A stretch of 64,000 nt of DNA from an uncultured Ectothiorhodospiraceae bacterium (GTDB lineage Bacteria; Pseudomonadota; Gammaproteobacteria; S012-40): contig CALZHW010000002.1 in assembly GCA_945787125.1 (NCBI GenBank), positions 22,900 through 86,899 of the forward strand. The letters run 5' to 3'. Below the pieces are notes generated by a model, which saw only the letters and a program-made list of their open reading frames with translations, searched no databases and was not told where the DNA came from. Both the position numbers and the translations under genes were made by a program. Below, piece by piece: positions 1-9,674 of this stretch; position 1 is the first letter of the stretch; each line of letters starts with the position of its first letter.

Positions 1-335
1 GCGTGCATCCCAATAGTAGGTGGACATATAGGCGACATTCCAAACACTGGGCGCGGAACGTTTGATCAAGCGACCGGGCATGTTTATTACTGCGCCATCG
101 TCATCACCGCCGGCCGCGAGGTTGTGACAACTATTACACGAAACATCGCCTTTTGCTGACAGTCTCGGATCGAAAAATAAACTTTTTCCCAAATCTATTT
201 TTTCTTGTGTGAGTGGATTATCGGCAGGTGCAATAGGTTTTTCCGGCAATGGCTGGAGATAATCAAAAGCTGGCGTTATCGCGCTGAAACCACAAAGCAG
301 TATGAGCAATACCCCATGTATTTTTGTAAACGTCA
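1..335 (-). CDS. Di-heme cytochrome c peroxidase (CcpA/MauG family), N-terminal part; the gene runs off the window start
   Basis: Minus-strand ORF starting at ATG 335..333. It encodes a signal-like N-terminus (MTFTKIHGVLLILLCGF) and a CxxCH heme motif (CNSCHN). It is truncated by the window edge. Confidence 0.65.
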
Positions 336-561
336 TTTTTATTTCCATTAGTTATTGCAGTATTGATTAATGCAGGTTTTTTTACAGGATTTTCTGGTCA
401 TGAATGTATCACGTTAGATGGATAAATTCGAGCGGTTGAGGCCATAAAACCAACCATCATATTGGATGCTTAAGTTTTGGAATCGTTCTGTCGATACTTG
501 TTCAAGAGATACCCTAATTACCTAAGGAAATTTGGCTAATACAGCCTAAAAACAACGTATT

Positions 562-1413
562 ATGACAATAATTGTAGGATTTTTAATCGTAATCATTTGT
601 GTGTTTGGCGGCTTCCTGCTCTCAGGCGGAAGTCTCGTGGCGTTATGGCATCCACCTGAGTTAGTGATTATTGCGGGTGGTGCAACTGGTGCCCTAATAT
701 TGGCTAACCCGGCGAAAGTCTCTAAAAAAATAATGAAAGAAATCCCCGCGTTGCTTAAAGGTTCAAAATACACAAAAGAAATGTATATGGATCTGCTAGC
801 GTTGCTGTTTGATCTTTTTACCTTGGCGCGAAAAGAAGGTTTGATGTCATTAGAGGCGCATATTGAAGAACCAGAGCAGAGCGAGGTATTTTCAAAATAC
901 CCTAAAGTGATGTCGGATCATCATGCGATAGAATTTATGACCGATTATTTGCGCTTGATGGTAACCGGTGCGGCAAATGCAATGGAAATTGAAGACCTCA
1001 TGGACAAGGAGTTAGAAACGCATCACAAGGAAGGCGGTATGGCGCATGGTGCTATGCAATTGATGGCAGATGGTCTACCAGGTTTTGGTATCGTTGCGGC
1101 AGTTATGGGGGTGGTAATCACCATGGCATCGATTGACCAGGGCCCGGCGGTGATTGGTGCTAAAGTTGGTGCGGCGTTGGTGGGTACCTTTGTGGGTATT
1201 TTGTTGTCATACGGAATATTTGGCCCAATTGCTAACGCAATGTCGTATATTGCCGAAGATGAAAGTAAATTTATTGAAGTGATCAAGGTTTCGTTGTTAG
1301 CGTCATTGAATGGCTATAGTCCACAAGTGGCCATTGAGTTTGGTCGTAAAGTCATTTACTCAACAGAAAGACCGGGATTTTTAGAGCTCGAAGAGTTCGT
1401 TAAAAACAAGTAA
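562..1413 (+). CDS. motA: Flagellar motor stator protein MotA/PomA
   Basis: 283 aa with four predicted TM helices and a large cytoplasmic loop, the typical MotA/TolQ/ExbB architecture. motB follows 20 nt downstream. Confidence 0.85.
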   Translation: MTIIVGFLIVIICVFGGFLLSGGSLVALWHPPELVIIAGGATGALILANPAKVSKKIMKEIPALLKGSKYTKEMYMDLLALLFDLFTLARKEGLMSLEAHIEEPEQSEVFSKYPKVMSDHHAIEFMTDYLRLMVTGAANAMEIEDLMDKELETHHKEGGMAHGAMQLMADGLPGFGIVAAVMGVVITMASIDQGPAVIGAKVGAALVGTFVGILLSYGIFGPIANAMSYIAEDESKFIEVIKVSLLASLNGYSPQVAIEFGRKVIYSTERPGFLELEEFVKNK

Positions 1414-1433
1414 ATAAACGCTACGGTGCCTGA

Positions 1434-2429
1434 ATGGCTGAAAATCTACAACCAATAATCGTTAAAAAGATCAAGAAGGCAGCCCACGCTGGACATCATG
1501 GTGGTTCCTGGAAAGTGGCGTATGCGGATTTCGTAACAGCCATGATGGCGTTCTTTTTGTTGCTCTGGTTGCTATCATCCACTAGTCAGGAAACGCTATC
1601 CGGTGTGGCGGATTATTTTGAAAACCCCAGTGCCATCAATGCAGCCGGTGGGACTAGCACGAGTATGATTGAGCTGGGTAGTAATATTGATAGTTCAAAA
1701 GGTGACGGCGATCAGGGTCGGGAAAGCGATAGTTTTGAATACTATAGTGAAGCCTTTGAGCAAATGGAAACGGATAAACTTGAGGCATTAAAAGCGAAAA
1801 TTGAAGACGTGATTGAGAATACGCCTTCAATCACAGAATATAACGATCAGATATTAATTGAAATCACCGAAGAAGGTTTGCATATTCAAATTATTGATGA
1901 AAATAATCGCCCCATGTTTGACAGGGGAAGTGCCGAATTGAAAAGTTATGCGAAAAAAATTCTTCGCGAAATTTCTCCTATTCTTAATACCATTCAGAAT
2001 AAAATGAGTATTTCCGGTCATACTGATGCGAAACGTTACACGCATAACGATACTTATAGTAACTGGGAGCTATCCAGTGATCGAGCCAATGCGGCACGCC
2101 GGGAATTGGTTCGTGCCGGCACCCCGAGTAGTAAAATCGCACGGATAGAAGGATTGGCATCCCGATTTTTATTAAAACCGGATAAACCTACTGATCCAGC
2201 CAATCGCAGAATTGACATCTTAATGTTGAAGAAAAAATCTGAAGATAGTCTCTACCGGGAAAAAGGTGTGGAACCAGAACCGATGACGCCTGAAGAGCAG
2301 AAATTAAATAACCAGAAAAACAAAAAAGTTGAAAATAAAAAAAATCCAGTGGATACTCTTGAACTTCAAGAGGCCATTCGTAGTGGCACTAACCGCAATA
2401 CCGGTGCGGTGGTACGCTTTAGAGAATAA
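1434..2429 (+). CDS. motB: Flagellar motor protein MotB (OmpA-like C-terminal peptidoglycan-binding domain)
   Basis: A single N-terminal TM helix carries the conserved Asp (YADFVTAMMAFFLLLWLL). The C-terminus is OmpA-like (SGHTD..., NRRIDI). The gene is adjacent to motA. Confidence 0.85.
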   Translation: MAENLQPIIVKKIKKAAHAGHHGGSWKVAYADFVTAMMAFFLLLWLLSSTSQETLSGVADYFENPSAINAAGGTSTSMIELGSNIDSSKGDGDQGRESDSFEYYSEAFEQMETDKLEALKAKIEDVIENTPSITEYNDQILIEITEEGLHIQIIDENNRPMFDRGSAELKSYAKKILREISPILNTIQNKMSISGHTDAKRYTHNDTYSNWELSSDRANAARRELVRAGTPSSKIARIEGLASRFLLKPDKPTDPANRRIDILMLKKKSEDSLYREKGVEPEPMTPEEQKLNNQKNKKVENKKNPVDTLELQEAIRSGTNRNTGAVVRFRE

Positions 2430-2431
2430 AA

Positions 2432-3061
2432 ATGAAAAAATTCATACTCATTATCATGTTGTTGCTATCTCATTTTGTTTATGCCCAACCGAGCATTCAG
2501 GTGGTAGGTTTGTTTAAAAATAAAGTCCTGCTGGTGGTTGATGGTAAACAAAAGCTGTTACGTGTTGGCCAAACTTTTCGAGAGGTCACGTTGGATTTTG
2601 CAAATTCTGATAAAGCCGTGTTAAGTTTCAATGGTGTGTCGAAACCTTATACATTGGGCAGCAGCAATAGTTTTGGGGCGAGAAAAACCTCAAAGGCAAG
2701 TTTCTCTGTTGCACTCGATGCTAGTGGCTCCTATAAAACCCCCGGCAGCATCAATGGTAAAGTTGTAGATTTCATAGTGGATACCGGGGCAACAACTGTA
2801 TCGATCAACTCAGTAGTTGCCAAGTGGCTTGGCATAGATTACAAAAGTGGCAAAGAGGTGAATGTAACAACAGCATCGAGTCAAGTGATAGGTTATCAGG
2901 TTACTTTGGATAAGATTTCTTTAGGTAGCATTCGTTTAACGGGCATTGAAGCCACCGTGCTTGAAGGTGAGCATCCCGCCATTGCATTATTAGGTATGTC
3001 ATTCTTAAAGCATTTAAAAGTGCTCAATGAAAATGGCATGATGCATTTGACGCAGAAGTGA
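2432..3061 (+). CDS. Secreted retropepsin-like (clan AA) aspartic protease
   Basis: Signal peptide MKKFILIIMLLLSHFVYA. It has the D-T-G-A active-site motif (FIVDTGATTVSIN). It starts 3 nt after the motB stop. Confidence 0.7.
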   Translation: MKKFILIIMLLLSHFVYAQPSIQVVGLFKNKVLLVVDGKQKLLRVGQTFREVTLDFANSDKAVLSFNGVSKPYTLGSSNSFGARKTSKASFSVALDASGSYKTPGSINGKVVDFIVDTGATTVSINSVVAKWLGIDYKSGKEVNVTTASSQVIGYQVTLDKISLGSIRLTGIEATVLEGEHPAIALLGMSFLKHLKVLNENGMMHLTQK

Positions 3062-3095
3062 ATAGCAGGCTTCTCGGACAGACTCATGGCTATAG

Positions 3096-3442
3096 CTCAC
3101 AATCGGAGTTCAAAATTGCCACCTTCCAGCACCCGTAGCAGCAAAACCTTACCGAGAGACGCTGTGAATACGTCCTTGTAGGCTTAAACCTAGATTAATC
3201 AGTTGAACCACGATTTCTAGCGCAAGTTCTTGAAGCACCTAACGAATCCAAGAATCTGCTAATCACCAATAAGGTGACCACGCAATTCTTGAATTCACTA
3301 TCCACTCCAATATCTTACGCTATAAATTCGCGCCAACTGATTATTCTAGGTTGAACGCAGCATCCCTGCTGCCAACACTCTCGATAAGGCCTTGCCACTA
3401 CGAGCGCTAATTACGAGGAATAGTTTGAACACTGATTGTGAG
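3096..3442. repeat. PAL-1 palindromic MITE-like element, expanded copy of about 347 bp with an extra internal segment
   Basis: The termini ctcacaatcggagttcaaa (left) and tttgaacactgattgtgag (right) are inverted repeats. The internal arms ccgtagcagcaaaaccttaccgagagacg and ttgccactacgagcgct match the other PAL-1 copies. Confidence 0.75.
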
Positions 3443-3483
3443 TTATAACCGGCAGCGCCTAAAGTCTGTGTGCTGACTTTGAT

Positions 3484-4275
3484 TTATTTGATCTTTTCAA
3501 TATACGCGTAAGCGGAATGGTTGTGGATAGATTCGAAATTTTCTGATTCAATCGTATAAGACGTGATACGGTCATCGGCATTCAAACAGGCAGCAACATC
3601 TCTTACCATGTCTTCAACGAATTTCGGATTATTATAGGCACGTTCAGTGACGTATTTTTCATCCGGTCGTTTAAGTAAACCATACAATTCACACGATGCT
3701 TGGGTTTCGACGATATCAATTAATTCTTCGATCCAGACAAAACCGCGAGTTTTCACGGCAATAGTGACGTGAGAGCGTTGGTTGTGTGCGCCATACTCAG
3801 ATATCTTCTTTGAGCATGGGCATAAGCTGGTTACCGGTACAACGACTTTAGTCGTTAATATGGGTTTTTCGCCATTGAGCTCACCAATAAATGTTACTTC
3901 GTAGTCAAGCAGACTTTCTACTTGCGAAATCGGTGCGGACTTATTAATGAAATAGGGGAAGCTCATTTCAATATGACCCGCTTGGGCTTCCAGTTTTTCC
4001 GTCATTTCAAACAGCATTTCTTTGAACGATTTAACCGTAATCTCTCGCTCGTGCAAATTCAATATCTCAACAAAACGCGACATGTGAGTACCTTTGAAAT
4101 TGTGCGGTAAATTCACATACATGTTGAAGTTTGCAATAGTGTGTTGTTCACCACCAGTTCGGTCACTGACTCTTACCGGATGGCGAATGTCTTTAATACC
4201 GACCTTGTCGATCGCTATTTGACGTGAATCTTGCGAATTCTGTACATCTTCGATGGCTGCCATTACTTCTGTCAT
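3484..4275 (-). CDS. folE2: GTP cyclohydrolase FolE2 (type IB GTP cyclohydrolase I, MptA/FolE2 family)
   Basis: 263 aa with a conserved Cys-rich core ([25 protein letters not shown]). Its stop overlaps the start of the PTPS-family gene upstream. Confidence 0.8.
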   Translation of the reverse strand: MTEVMAAIEDVQNSQDSRQIAIDKVGIKDIRHPVRVSDRTGGEQHTIANFNMYVNLPHNFKGTHMSRFVEILNLHEREITVKSFKEMLFEMTEKLEAQAGHIEMSFPYFINKSAPISQVESLLDYEVTFIGELNGEKPILTTKVVVPVTSLCPCSKKISEYGAHNQRSHVTIAVKTRGFVWIEELIDIVETQASCELYGLLKRPDEKYVTERAYNNPKFVEDMVRDVAACLNADDRITSYTIESENFESIHNHSAYAYIEKIK

Positions 4276-4658
4276 TATTTTACCTCGGTATAGCGAACAC
4301 AGGCTCGCTCAGTCTCCCATATTGTGACAGCGCTCACGTGAATATGTTCTTGGTCAATTAGTTTGCCGATTGCTGCATAGATAAACGCGGCAATATTTTC
4401 TGCTGTAGGGTTTATTTTATCGAAGGGAGCAATGTCATTAAGATGAAAATGATCAAGTCCTTCAAGCACTTCATTGGTCGCACGTTTTATTTGTTTGAAG
4501 TCTATGCCCATGCCGACGTTGTCGAGTTTGTGGGCGGCAACTTCAACTTCAACTTTCCAGTTGTGACCATGAAGGCGTTGACATTTTCCTTGATAATCTC
4601 GCAAAGAGTGCGAGGCAGCAAAGTCTGTCACTACTTTTAGTGTGTATAATCCAGCCAT
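4275..4658 (-). CDS. 6-pyruvoyl-tetrahydropterin / 6-carboxytetrahydropterin synthase family protein (QueD/PTPS-like)
   Basis: 127 aa carrying the CxxxHGH zinc/catalytic motif (CQRLHGHNW). It is translationally coupled to folE2. Confidence 0.8.
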   Translation of the reverse strand: MAGLYTLKVVTDFAASHSLRDYQGKCQRLHGHNWKVEVEVAAHKLDNVGMGIDFKQIKRATNEVLEGLDHFHLNDIAPFDKINPTAENIAAFIYAAIGKLIDQEHIHVSAVTIWETERACVRYTEVK

Positions 4659-4678
4659 AATATATCTTGATAATTTTA

Positions 4679-6580
4679 CTAGGAATTAGCTTCTACGGGT
4701 AGTGCTTCTTCCAAATTAATTGGTTTTAATTGAAGAATCGAGGAGATTATCCCTTGTTCGTCAAGCCCGCAATCGTGCAATAATACATCACGCTCACCGT
4801 GTTCGACAAATTTATCGGGTAATCCGAGGTTTGCTATTTTGGGTGGATGGTTGGTTTTGACCAGTAACTCATTGATTGCGCTGCCAGCACCACCAGCGAT
4901 GACGTTTTCTTCAATCGTGACAATGAGGTCGTGTTGTCTGGCCATCTCAAGAATTAACTTTTCATCCAGTGGTTTAACAAATCGCATATTTACCACAGTG
5001 GCATTGAGCTTTTCTCCAGCGCTGATAGCCGGTGCTAACATACTGCCAAACGCGAGAATTGCAATGTCTTTGCCCTTACGTCGGATGTCAGCCTTGCCAA
5101 GCGGGATAGGTTGCATGATCTTATTGATTTTTGCGCCTGGACCTTTACCACGTGGGTATCTAACGGCTGCTGGCCCGTTATGCTGGTAACCGGTGTACAG
5201 CATTTGACGGCATTCATTTTCATCACTTGCCGCCATGATGACCATGTTGGGTATGCAGCGCATGTAACTCAAATCAAAACTGCCAGCGTGCGTAGCACCA
5301 TCCGGCCCGACTAAACCAGCACGGTCGATGGCATACAATACGGGTAGTTCTTGCAGCGCAACATCGTGAATGAACTGGTCATATCCGCGTTGCAGGAAGG
5401 TAGAATAAATTGCCATGACGGGTTTAATGCCTTCACAGGCGAAGCCCGCAGCCATTGTGATGGCGTGTTGCTCGGCGATGCCAACATCAAAATAGCGTTC
5501 AGGGAAACGTTTGGCGAACTCCACCATGCCTGAGCCTTCACACATGGCCGGTGTAATGCCAACTACACGCTCATCCGCAGTGGCAATATCACATAGCCAC
5601 TCACCAAAAACCTGCGTATACGTGGGTGCAGTACTGGTGCTTTTTGTCTTGGCTTCACCGGTTTCAATATGAAAGGGTGTTACCCCATGAAACTTGCAGG
5701 GATTATTTTCTGCTGGGGCATATCCTCGGCCTTTTTGGGTGATAATGTGCAGAAACTGCGGGCCTTTTAAATCTTTCAGATTTTTTAATGTCGCAACCAA
5801 CATGGGAATGTCGTGCCCGTCAATTGGCCCAATATAATTGAAGCCCAGCTCCTCAAATAACGTACCGGGTACCACCATGCCTTTCACGTGCTCTTCCACC
5901 CGGCTGGCGAGTTCAGACATTGCCGGCATGGATTTAAGCACTTTTTTACTGCCTTCGCGGACTTGTGTATAGAGCTTGCCGGACAGAATTTTGGTTAAAT
6001 AGTTGGATAATCCACCGACATTTTCTGAAATCGACATTTCGTTATCATTGAGGATGACGAGCATGTCGGTATCCAAATCGCCAGCATGACTTAGTGCTTC
6101 AAATGCCATTCCGCCGGTTAATGCACCATCTCCGATGACGCCAACCACTTTACGTCGACTGTTTTGCAGGGTGGCACTGAGTGCCATGCCCACTGCAGCA
6201 CTGATTGAGGTGCTGGAGTGGCCAGTGCCGAAGGTGTCATATTCGCTTTCTTGTCGATGCGGGAAGCCAGATAGACCCCCTTTTTGCCGTAATGTCGGCA
6301 TTAAGTGTTTGCGGCCCGTGAGGATTTTATGCGGATAACTTTGGTGACCCACATCCCAGATGATTCGATCAAACGGTGTATTGTAGACGTGGTGCAGTGC
6401 GACGGTAAGTTCTATTGTGCCGAGACCCGATGATAAATGCCCACCGGTATTACTTAAACTCTCAATCATGAATTGGCGTAATTCAGCCGCAAATTCATTC
6501 AATTGTTTTTCAGGTATGGCGCGCAATTCGGCAGGTGAATTAACCTTATCCAATAGAGGGAATTTGCTTATTATTGTCAT
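4679..6580 (-). CDS. dxs: 1-deoxy-D-xylulose-5-phosphate synthase
   Basis: 633 aa with the thiamine-diphosphate binding motif [18 protein letters not shown] and transketolase-like domains. It lies in the xseB-ispA-dxs arrangement. Confidence 0.95.
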   Translation of the reverse strand: MTIISKFPLLDKVNSPAELRAIPEKQLNEFAAELRQFMIESLSNTGGHLSSGLGTIELTVALHHVYNTPFDRIIWDVGHQSYPHKILTGRKHLMPTLRQKGGLSGFPHRQESEYDTFGTGHSSTSISAAVGMALSATLQNSRRKVVGVIGDGALTGGMAFEALSHAGDLDTDMLVILNDNEMSISENVGGLSNYLTKILSGKLYTQVREGSKKVLKSMPAMSELASRVEEHVKGMVVPGTLFEELGFNYIGPIDGHDIPMLVATLKNLKDLKGPQFLHIITQKGRGYAPAENNPCKFHGVTPFHIETGEAKTKSTSTAPTYTQVFGEWLCDIATADERVVGITPAMCEGSGMVEFAKRFPERYFDVGIAEQHAITMAAGFACEGIKPVMAIYSTFLQRGYDQFIHDVALQELPVLYAIDRAGLVGPDGATHAGSFDLSYMRCIPNMVIMAASDENECRQMLYTGYQHNGPAAVRYPRGKGPGAKINKIMQPIPLGKADIRRKGKDIAILAFGSMLAPAISAGEKLNATVVNMRFVKPLDEKLILEMARQHDLIVTIEENVIAGGAGSAINELLVKTNHPPKIANLGLPDKFVEHGERDVLLHDCGLDEQGIISSILQLKPINLEEALPVEANS

Positions 6581-6742
6581 ATAGATTGTTGCCTAGTCAC
6601 ACTTCAATTTCATCTAAAAGTTGGGATGATGACGTTTATGTATAGTATATGCAAGTTTTTTATTATTATGCTGCAGCTTATTTTTACTCAATCCTGCCAA
6701 GCATGAAAAAAATCAGCCCTCGTCGGGTTTCGGTTGTTAAAA

Positions 6743-7636
6743 TCAATGCTTGCGAGACACGATGTATTCTGATATCTGGCGCAAAGTATCGGCTTTTTCA
6801 TCAAAAATTCTTAATGCCTCAATGGCCTTGTTATGCATATCTTGCGCCGCCTGTTTTGCGCCATCCATGCCAAGTAAGGCAGGGTAGGTTGGTTTGTTTT
6901 TTGCCTCGTCTGATCCCTGAGATTTACCAATCACAACGGTATCGCCTTCGATATCCAGAATGTCATCTTGTATTTGAAATGCAAGGCCGATGCAGGTCGA
7001 ATACTCGGCGAGAGCATTGATCTGTGTTGGTGTAACGTTGCCCGCTGAATAGGCCCCTAACAAGGTGCTCGCTTTGATTAAAGCGCCGGTTTTGAGTGAA
7101 TGCATCGTTTTTAATGCCTCTAATGAGAGGTTTTTGCCAACAGCGTACAAATCAATGGCTTGACCGCCCACCATGCCCTGAGAGCCGCTGGCTGTTGCTA
7201 GCAATTTAATCATTGTTAAGCGGGTTTTATCGTCGATTAAGGGGATTTCCTCTGCTGCGAGAACCTCAAAGGCGTAGGTAAGTAGTGCATCACCGGTTAA
7301 AATGGCGGTGGCTTCGTCATAAGCGACATGGCAGGTGGGTTTGCCACGACGCAAATCGTCATCATCCATGGCTGGCAGGTCATCATGCACCAATGAGTAG
7401 GCATGGATTAATTCAACTGCCATGGCGGGTGCTAGCGCTTGCTGCATGTTTGCGCCCAGAGCCTCTGCTGCAGCAAATACCAAGATGGGTCGAATCCGTT
7501 TTCCACCATTTAACACCACGTAATGAATGGCCTCATGCAGCCTTTCAGGCACAAGCTCTTGGCTTAGTAGCGTGGTATTGAGCCCGGTATCAACAACTGA
7601 TTGATAAGTTTCAAATTTTTCTTGAAGTGCCAGCAT
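6743..7636 (-). CDS. ispA: Farnesyl diphosphate synthase / geranyltranstransferase
   Basis: It has both Asp-rich motifs (LVHDDLPAMDDDDLRRG and FQIQDDILD). Confidence 0.9.
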   Translation of the reverse strand: MLALQEKFETYQSVVDTGLNTTLLSQELVPERLHEAIHYVVLNGGKRIRPILVFAAAEALGANMQQALAPAMAVELIHAYSLVHDDLPAMDDDDLRRGKPTCHVAYDEATAILTGDALLTYAFEVLAAEEIPLIDDKTRLTMIKLLATASGSQGMVGGQAIDLYAVGKNLSLEALKTMHSLKTGALIKASTLLGAYSAGNVTPTQINALAEYSTCIGLAFQIQDDILDIEGDTVVIGKSQGSDEAKNKPTYPALLGMDGAKQAAQDMHNKAIEALRIFDEKADTLRQISEYIVSRKH

Positions 7637-7879
7637 CTATTTATCATCTTCAAGGTTTGCAGTAAAAGGCTCAATGCTTAAATTGTCTTCCTTTTCCAGC
7701 AGTTGGCTAACCTTTTGTTCGGCGGCTTGTAGCGCTGTTTGACAATCGGACGTTAGTTTGATGCCTTTTTCAAAAGCGCTGAGTGATTCTTCCAGGCTCA
7801 AGTCCCCGGATTCCATTTTGCTCACAATTTCATCGAGCTCGGCCAGTGATTCTTCGAAAGCTTTAGGCTCGGATTTTCG
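7637..7879 (-). CDS. xseB: Exodeoxyribonuclease VII small subunit
   Basis: The 80-aa helical protein MPRKSEPKAFEESLAELDEIV... sits immediately upstream of ispA, the conserved xseB-ispA-dxs order. The start is placed at ATG 7879 rather than the longer ORF. Confidence 0.85.
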   Translation of the reverse strand, partial: RKSEPKAFEESLAELDEIVSKMESGDLSLEESLSAFEKGIKLTSDCQTALQAAEQKVSQLLEKEDNLSIEPFTANLEDDK

Positions 7880-7949
7880 GGGCATGACGATTCTCACTGT
7901 GAAAAAACGCGTACCATATCTCAGGTATGAATTAAGGTCAAACACTAGG

Positions 7950-8190
7950 AGCCTGACCGAGAATGGAAGTCGTTACGAGGGAAAACCGTTTTAGTGCGGA
8001 TTTTTCGATCGTTTGAAGTTAATAGCCGTAGCTATTCGCTGAAAAGGATCGGAAAATATGTGCAAAACGGGTTTTCCGCACGACTGCATGGATGCAGGAG
8101 GTACGAGCCCATGGATGGGCGAAGGTAGAGCAATAATGCAGGAGCAGTTGCCGAGTAGGCTTTCCATTCTCGGACAGGCTCCTGGGCATA
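7950..8190. repeat. R2 composite intergenic repeat, reverse-orientation short copy bounded by a 19-bp inverted repeat
   Basis: The segment 8086..8190 is the reverse complement of the R2 core. That core contains ctaccttcgcccatccatgggctcgta..ctgcatccatgcag. Flanking inverted repeats are ggagcctgaccgagaatgg (7950) and ccattctcggacaggctcc (8166). Confidence 0.7.
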
Positions 8191-8243
8191 TCCATTTGCC
8201 TGGAATTTTGCTAGCCTATCTCTATTGTTAACACACTTTATAT

Positions 8244-9212
8244 TTGGATATACCATTGCAAAAAACAACCAATAACGCTTTGACTTTGATCTTGCCGCAA
8301 CTTTTATCCCACGTGAAAAAGAATTCATCGATGGATTGGAAGTACTTGAGCATGATATTGGCCAGAAGCCAGTGTCACGATTTGCGTTTATCAGCAAAAG
8401 ATTATGCGTTGCAATTATTTGGTTTGCCAGATGCCAGTGCGGCGGCGGCCTTGAATTTATTGAATGCTGGTTATACGCTGGAAGATAAATTCGCGTGTTT
8501 TGCTGAGCCAGCAAATATCCAGCCCAATCGAGATTTTTTGTATGTGACGACCACGGATTTTAGCGACTTAACGACCCAAGAAATTGCTGCGTTGATAGAA
8601 GAATTGAATACTTATTTTGCAGAAGACGGTTTTCAATTTCAGGCATTAACGCCACAACGATGGGTGTGCATTTTACCGGAGAAAATGAACTTACCAACCG
8701 TTTTCACGCGAGATATAATCAGCGAAAATATTTTGCCACACATGCCCGATACCCCGGATAATTTTCGTTTCAAAAAATTCCTCTCCGATGTGCAGATGGT
8801 GCTGCATCATTCGAAAACCAACCAACAAAGAAATCAACAAGGTAAAGTTGAAGTCAATAGTCTCTGGTTAAGCGGTGCTGGCTGCTTGCCACGTGAAGTC
8901 AAAACTAATCTTACTTGCGTATATACAGATAATATTGAAGTGATGGCCTTGTCCCAGCTCGCCGGAATCGATCTTAGATCGGCTAATGAGTTTTCGATGC
9001 TTAAGAAAAATTTTACTGAGGAGAGTTGTCTTTTCCTCGACCTGCAAGCCGATTTTCAAATTTCAGTTAATCCAGCTGTGTTTCAAACGATATTTGAAGC
9101 TGTCAGGAATAAAACGCTGCATGAAGTAAAGCTAATCATCAATGAAGAACAGTTTTTCCTGTTTAACTATAGCGCATCCAAACGGTTTTGGAAGCGGAAA
9201 TTTCGATTTTAG
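8244..9212 (+). CDS. Hypothetical protein (island gene 1, 322 aa)
   Basis: A long ORF with coherent codon usage and no family I can name. The start is uncertain: TTG at 8244 or ATG at 8331 (MDWKYL...). It carries a G-rich motif, NSLWLSGAG. Confidence 0.5.
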   Translation: MDIPLQKTTNNALTLILPQLLSHVKKNSSMDWKYLSMILARSQCHDLRLSAKDYALQLFGLPDASAAAALNLLNAGYTLEDKFACFAEPANIQPNRDFLYVTTTDFSDLTTQEIAALIEELNTYFAEDGFQFQALTPQRWVCILPEKMNLPTVFTRDIISENILPHMPDTPDNFRFKKFLSDVQMVLHHSKTNQQRNQQGKVEVNSLWLSGAGCLPREVKTNLTCVYTDNIEVMALSQLAGIDLRSANEFSMLKKNFTEESCLFLDLQADFQISVNPAVFQTIFEAVRNKTLHEVKLIINEEQFFLFNYSASKRFWKRKFRF

Positions 9213-9382
9213 TGGATTAACCTTTGAAAGGAAGGGGATCTACTTCCGTAGGGTTCATCTACGCACCATCCTTCGTGTCTAATGTCAACGAATTCGGGTC
9301 TAATTATTGCTGTGTTAAAACCGCTTGAGATGGGTTGATGAGTTGAAGAGCTCAAAAATATAGCGGTGATCAGCTTTTTATG

Positions 9383-9621
9383 CTCAAGTTTCGGCGTTCA
9401 AATGTTTTTCCCGTAATTAACGCTCGTCGTGGCAAGGCCTTGTCGAGAGTGTTGGCGGCATGCATGCTGCCGGTAAGCCTTATATGATTAATTTTAGTAA
9501 CCAAAAGCTTATGCAGCGGAACTAATTTCAAAGGGATGTATTCACGTCGTTTCTCAGTAAGGTTTTGCCGCTGCGGGTGTTGGAAAGTGCCACTTTTGCA
9601 CCTTTGAACTCCAAATGTGAG
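9383..9621. repeat. PAL-1 palindromic MITE-like element copy
   Basis: It contains ctcaagtttcgg ... cgtcgtggcaaggccttgtcgagagtgttggcggcatgcatgctgcc ... tctcagtaaggttttgccgctgcgg. The arms are reverse complements of each other. It lies between island genes 1 and 2. Confidence 0.8.
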
Positions 9622-9674
9622 TAAATATAATTAGTGAAAGAAGTATCGAAAAGGGAAAACGGCGTACTATTAAT

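Noticed and set aside
8032-8514. 160-aa minus-strand ORF upstream of island gene 1
   Set aside because: It is built across the R2 repeat copy, and its mirror artefact ORFs at 25594..25955 show the repeat generates ORFs in both orientations. It also overlaps the start of gene 1.
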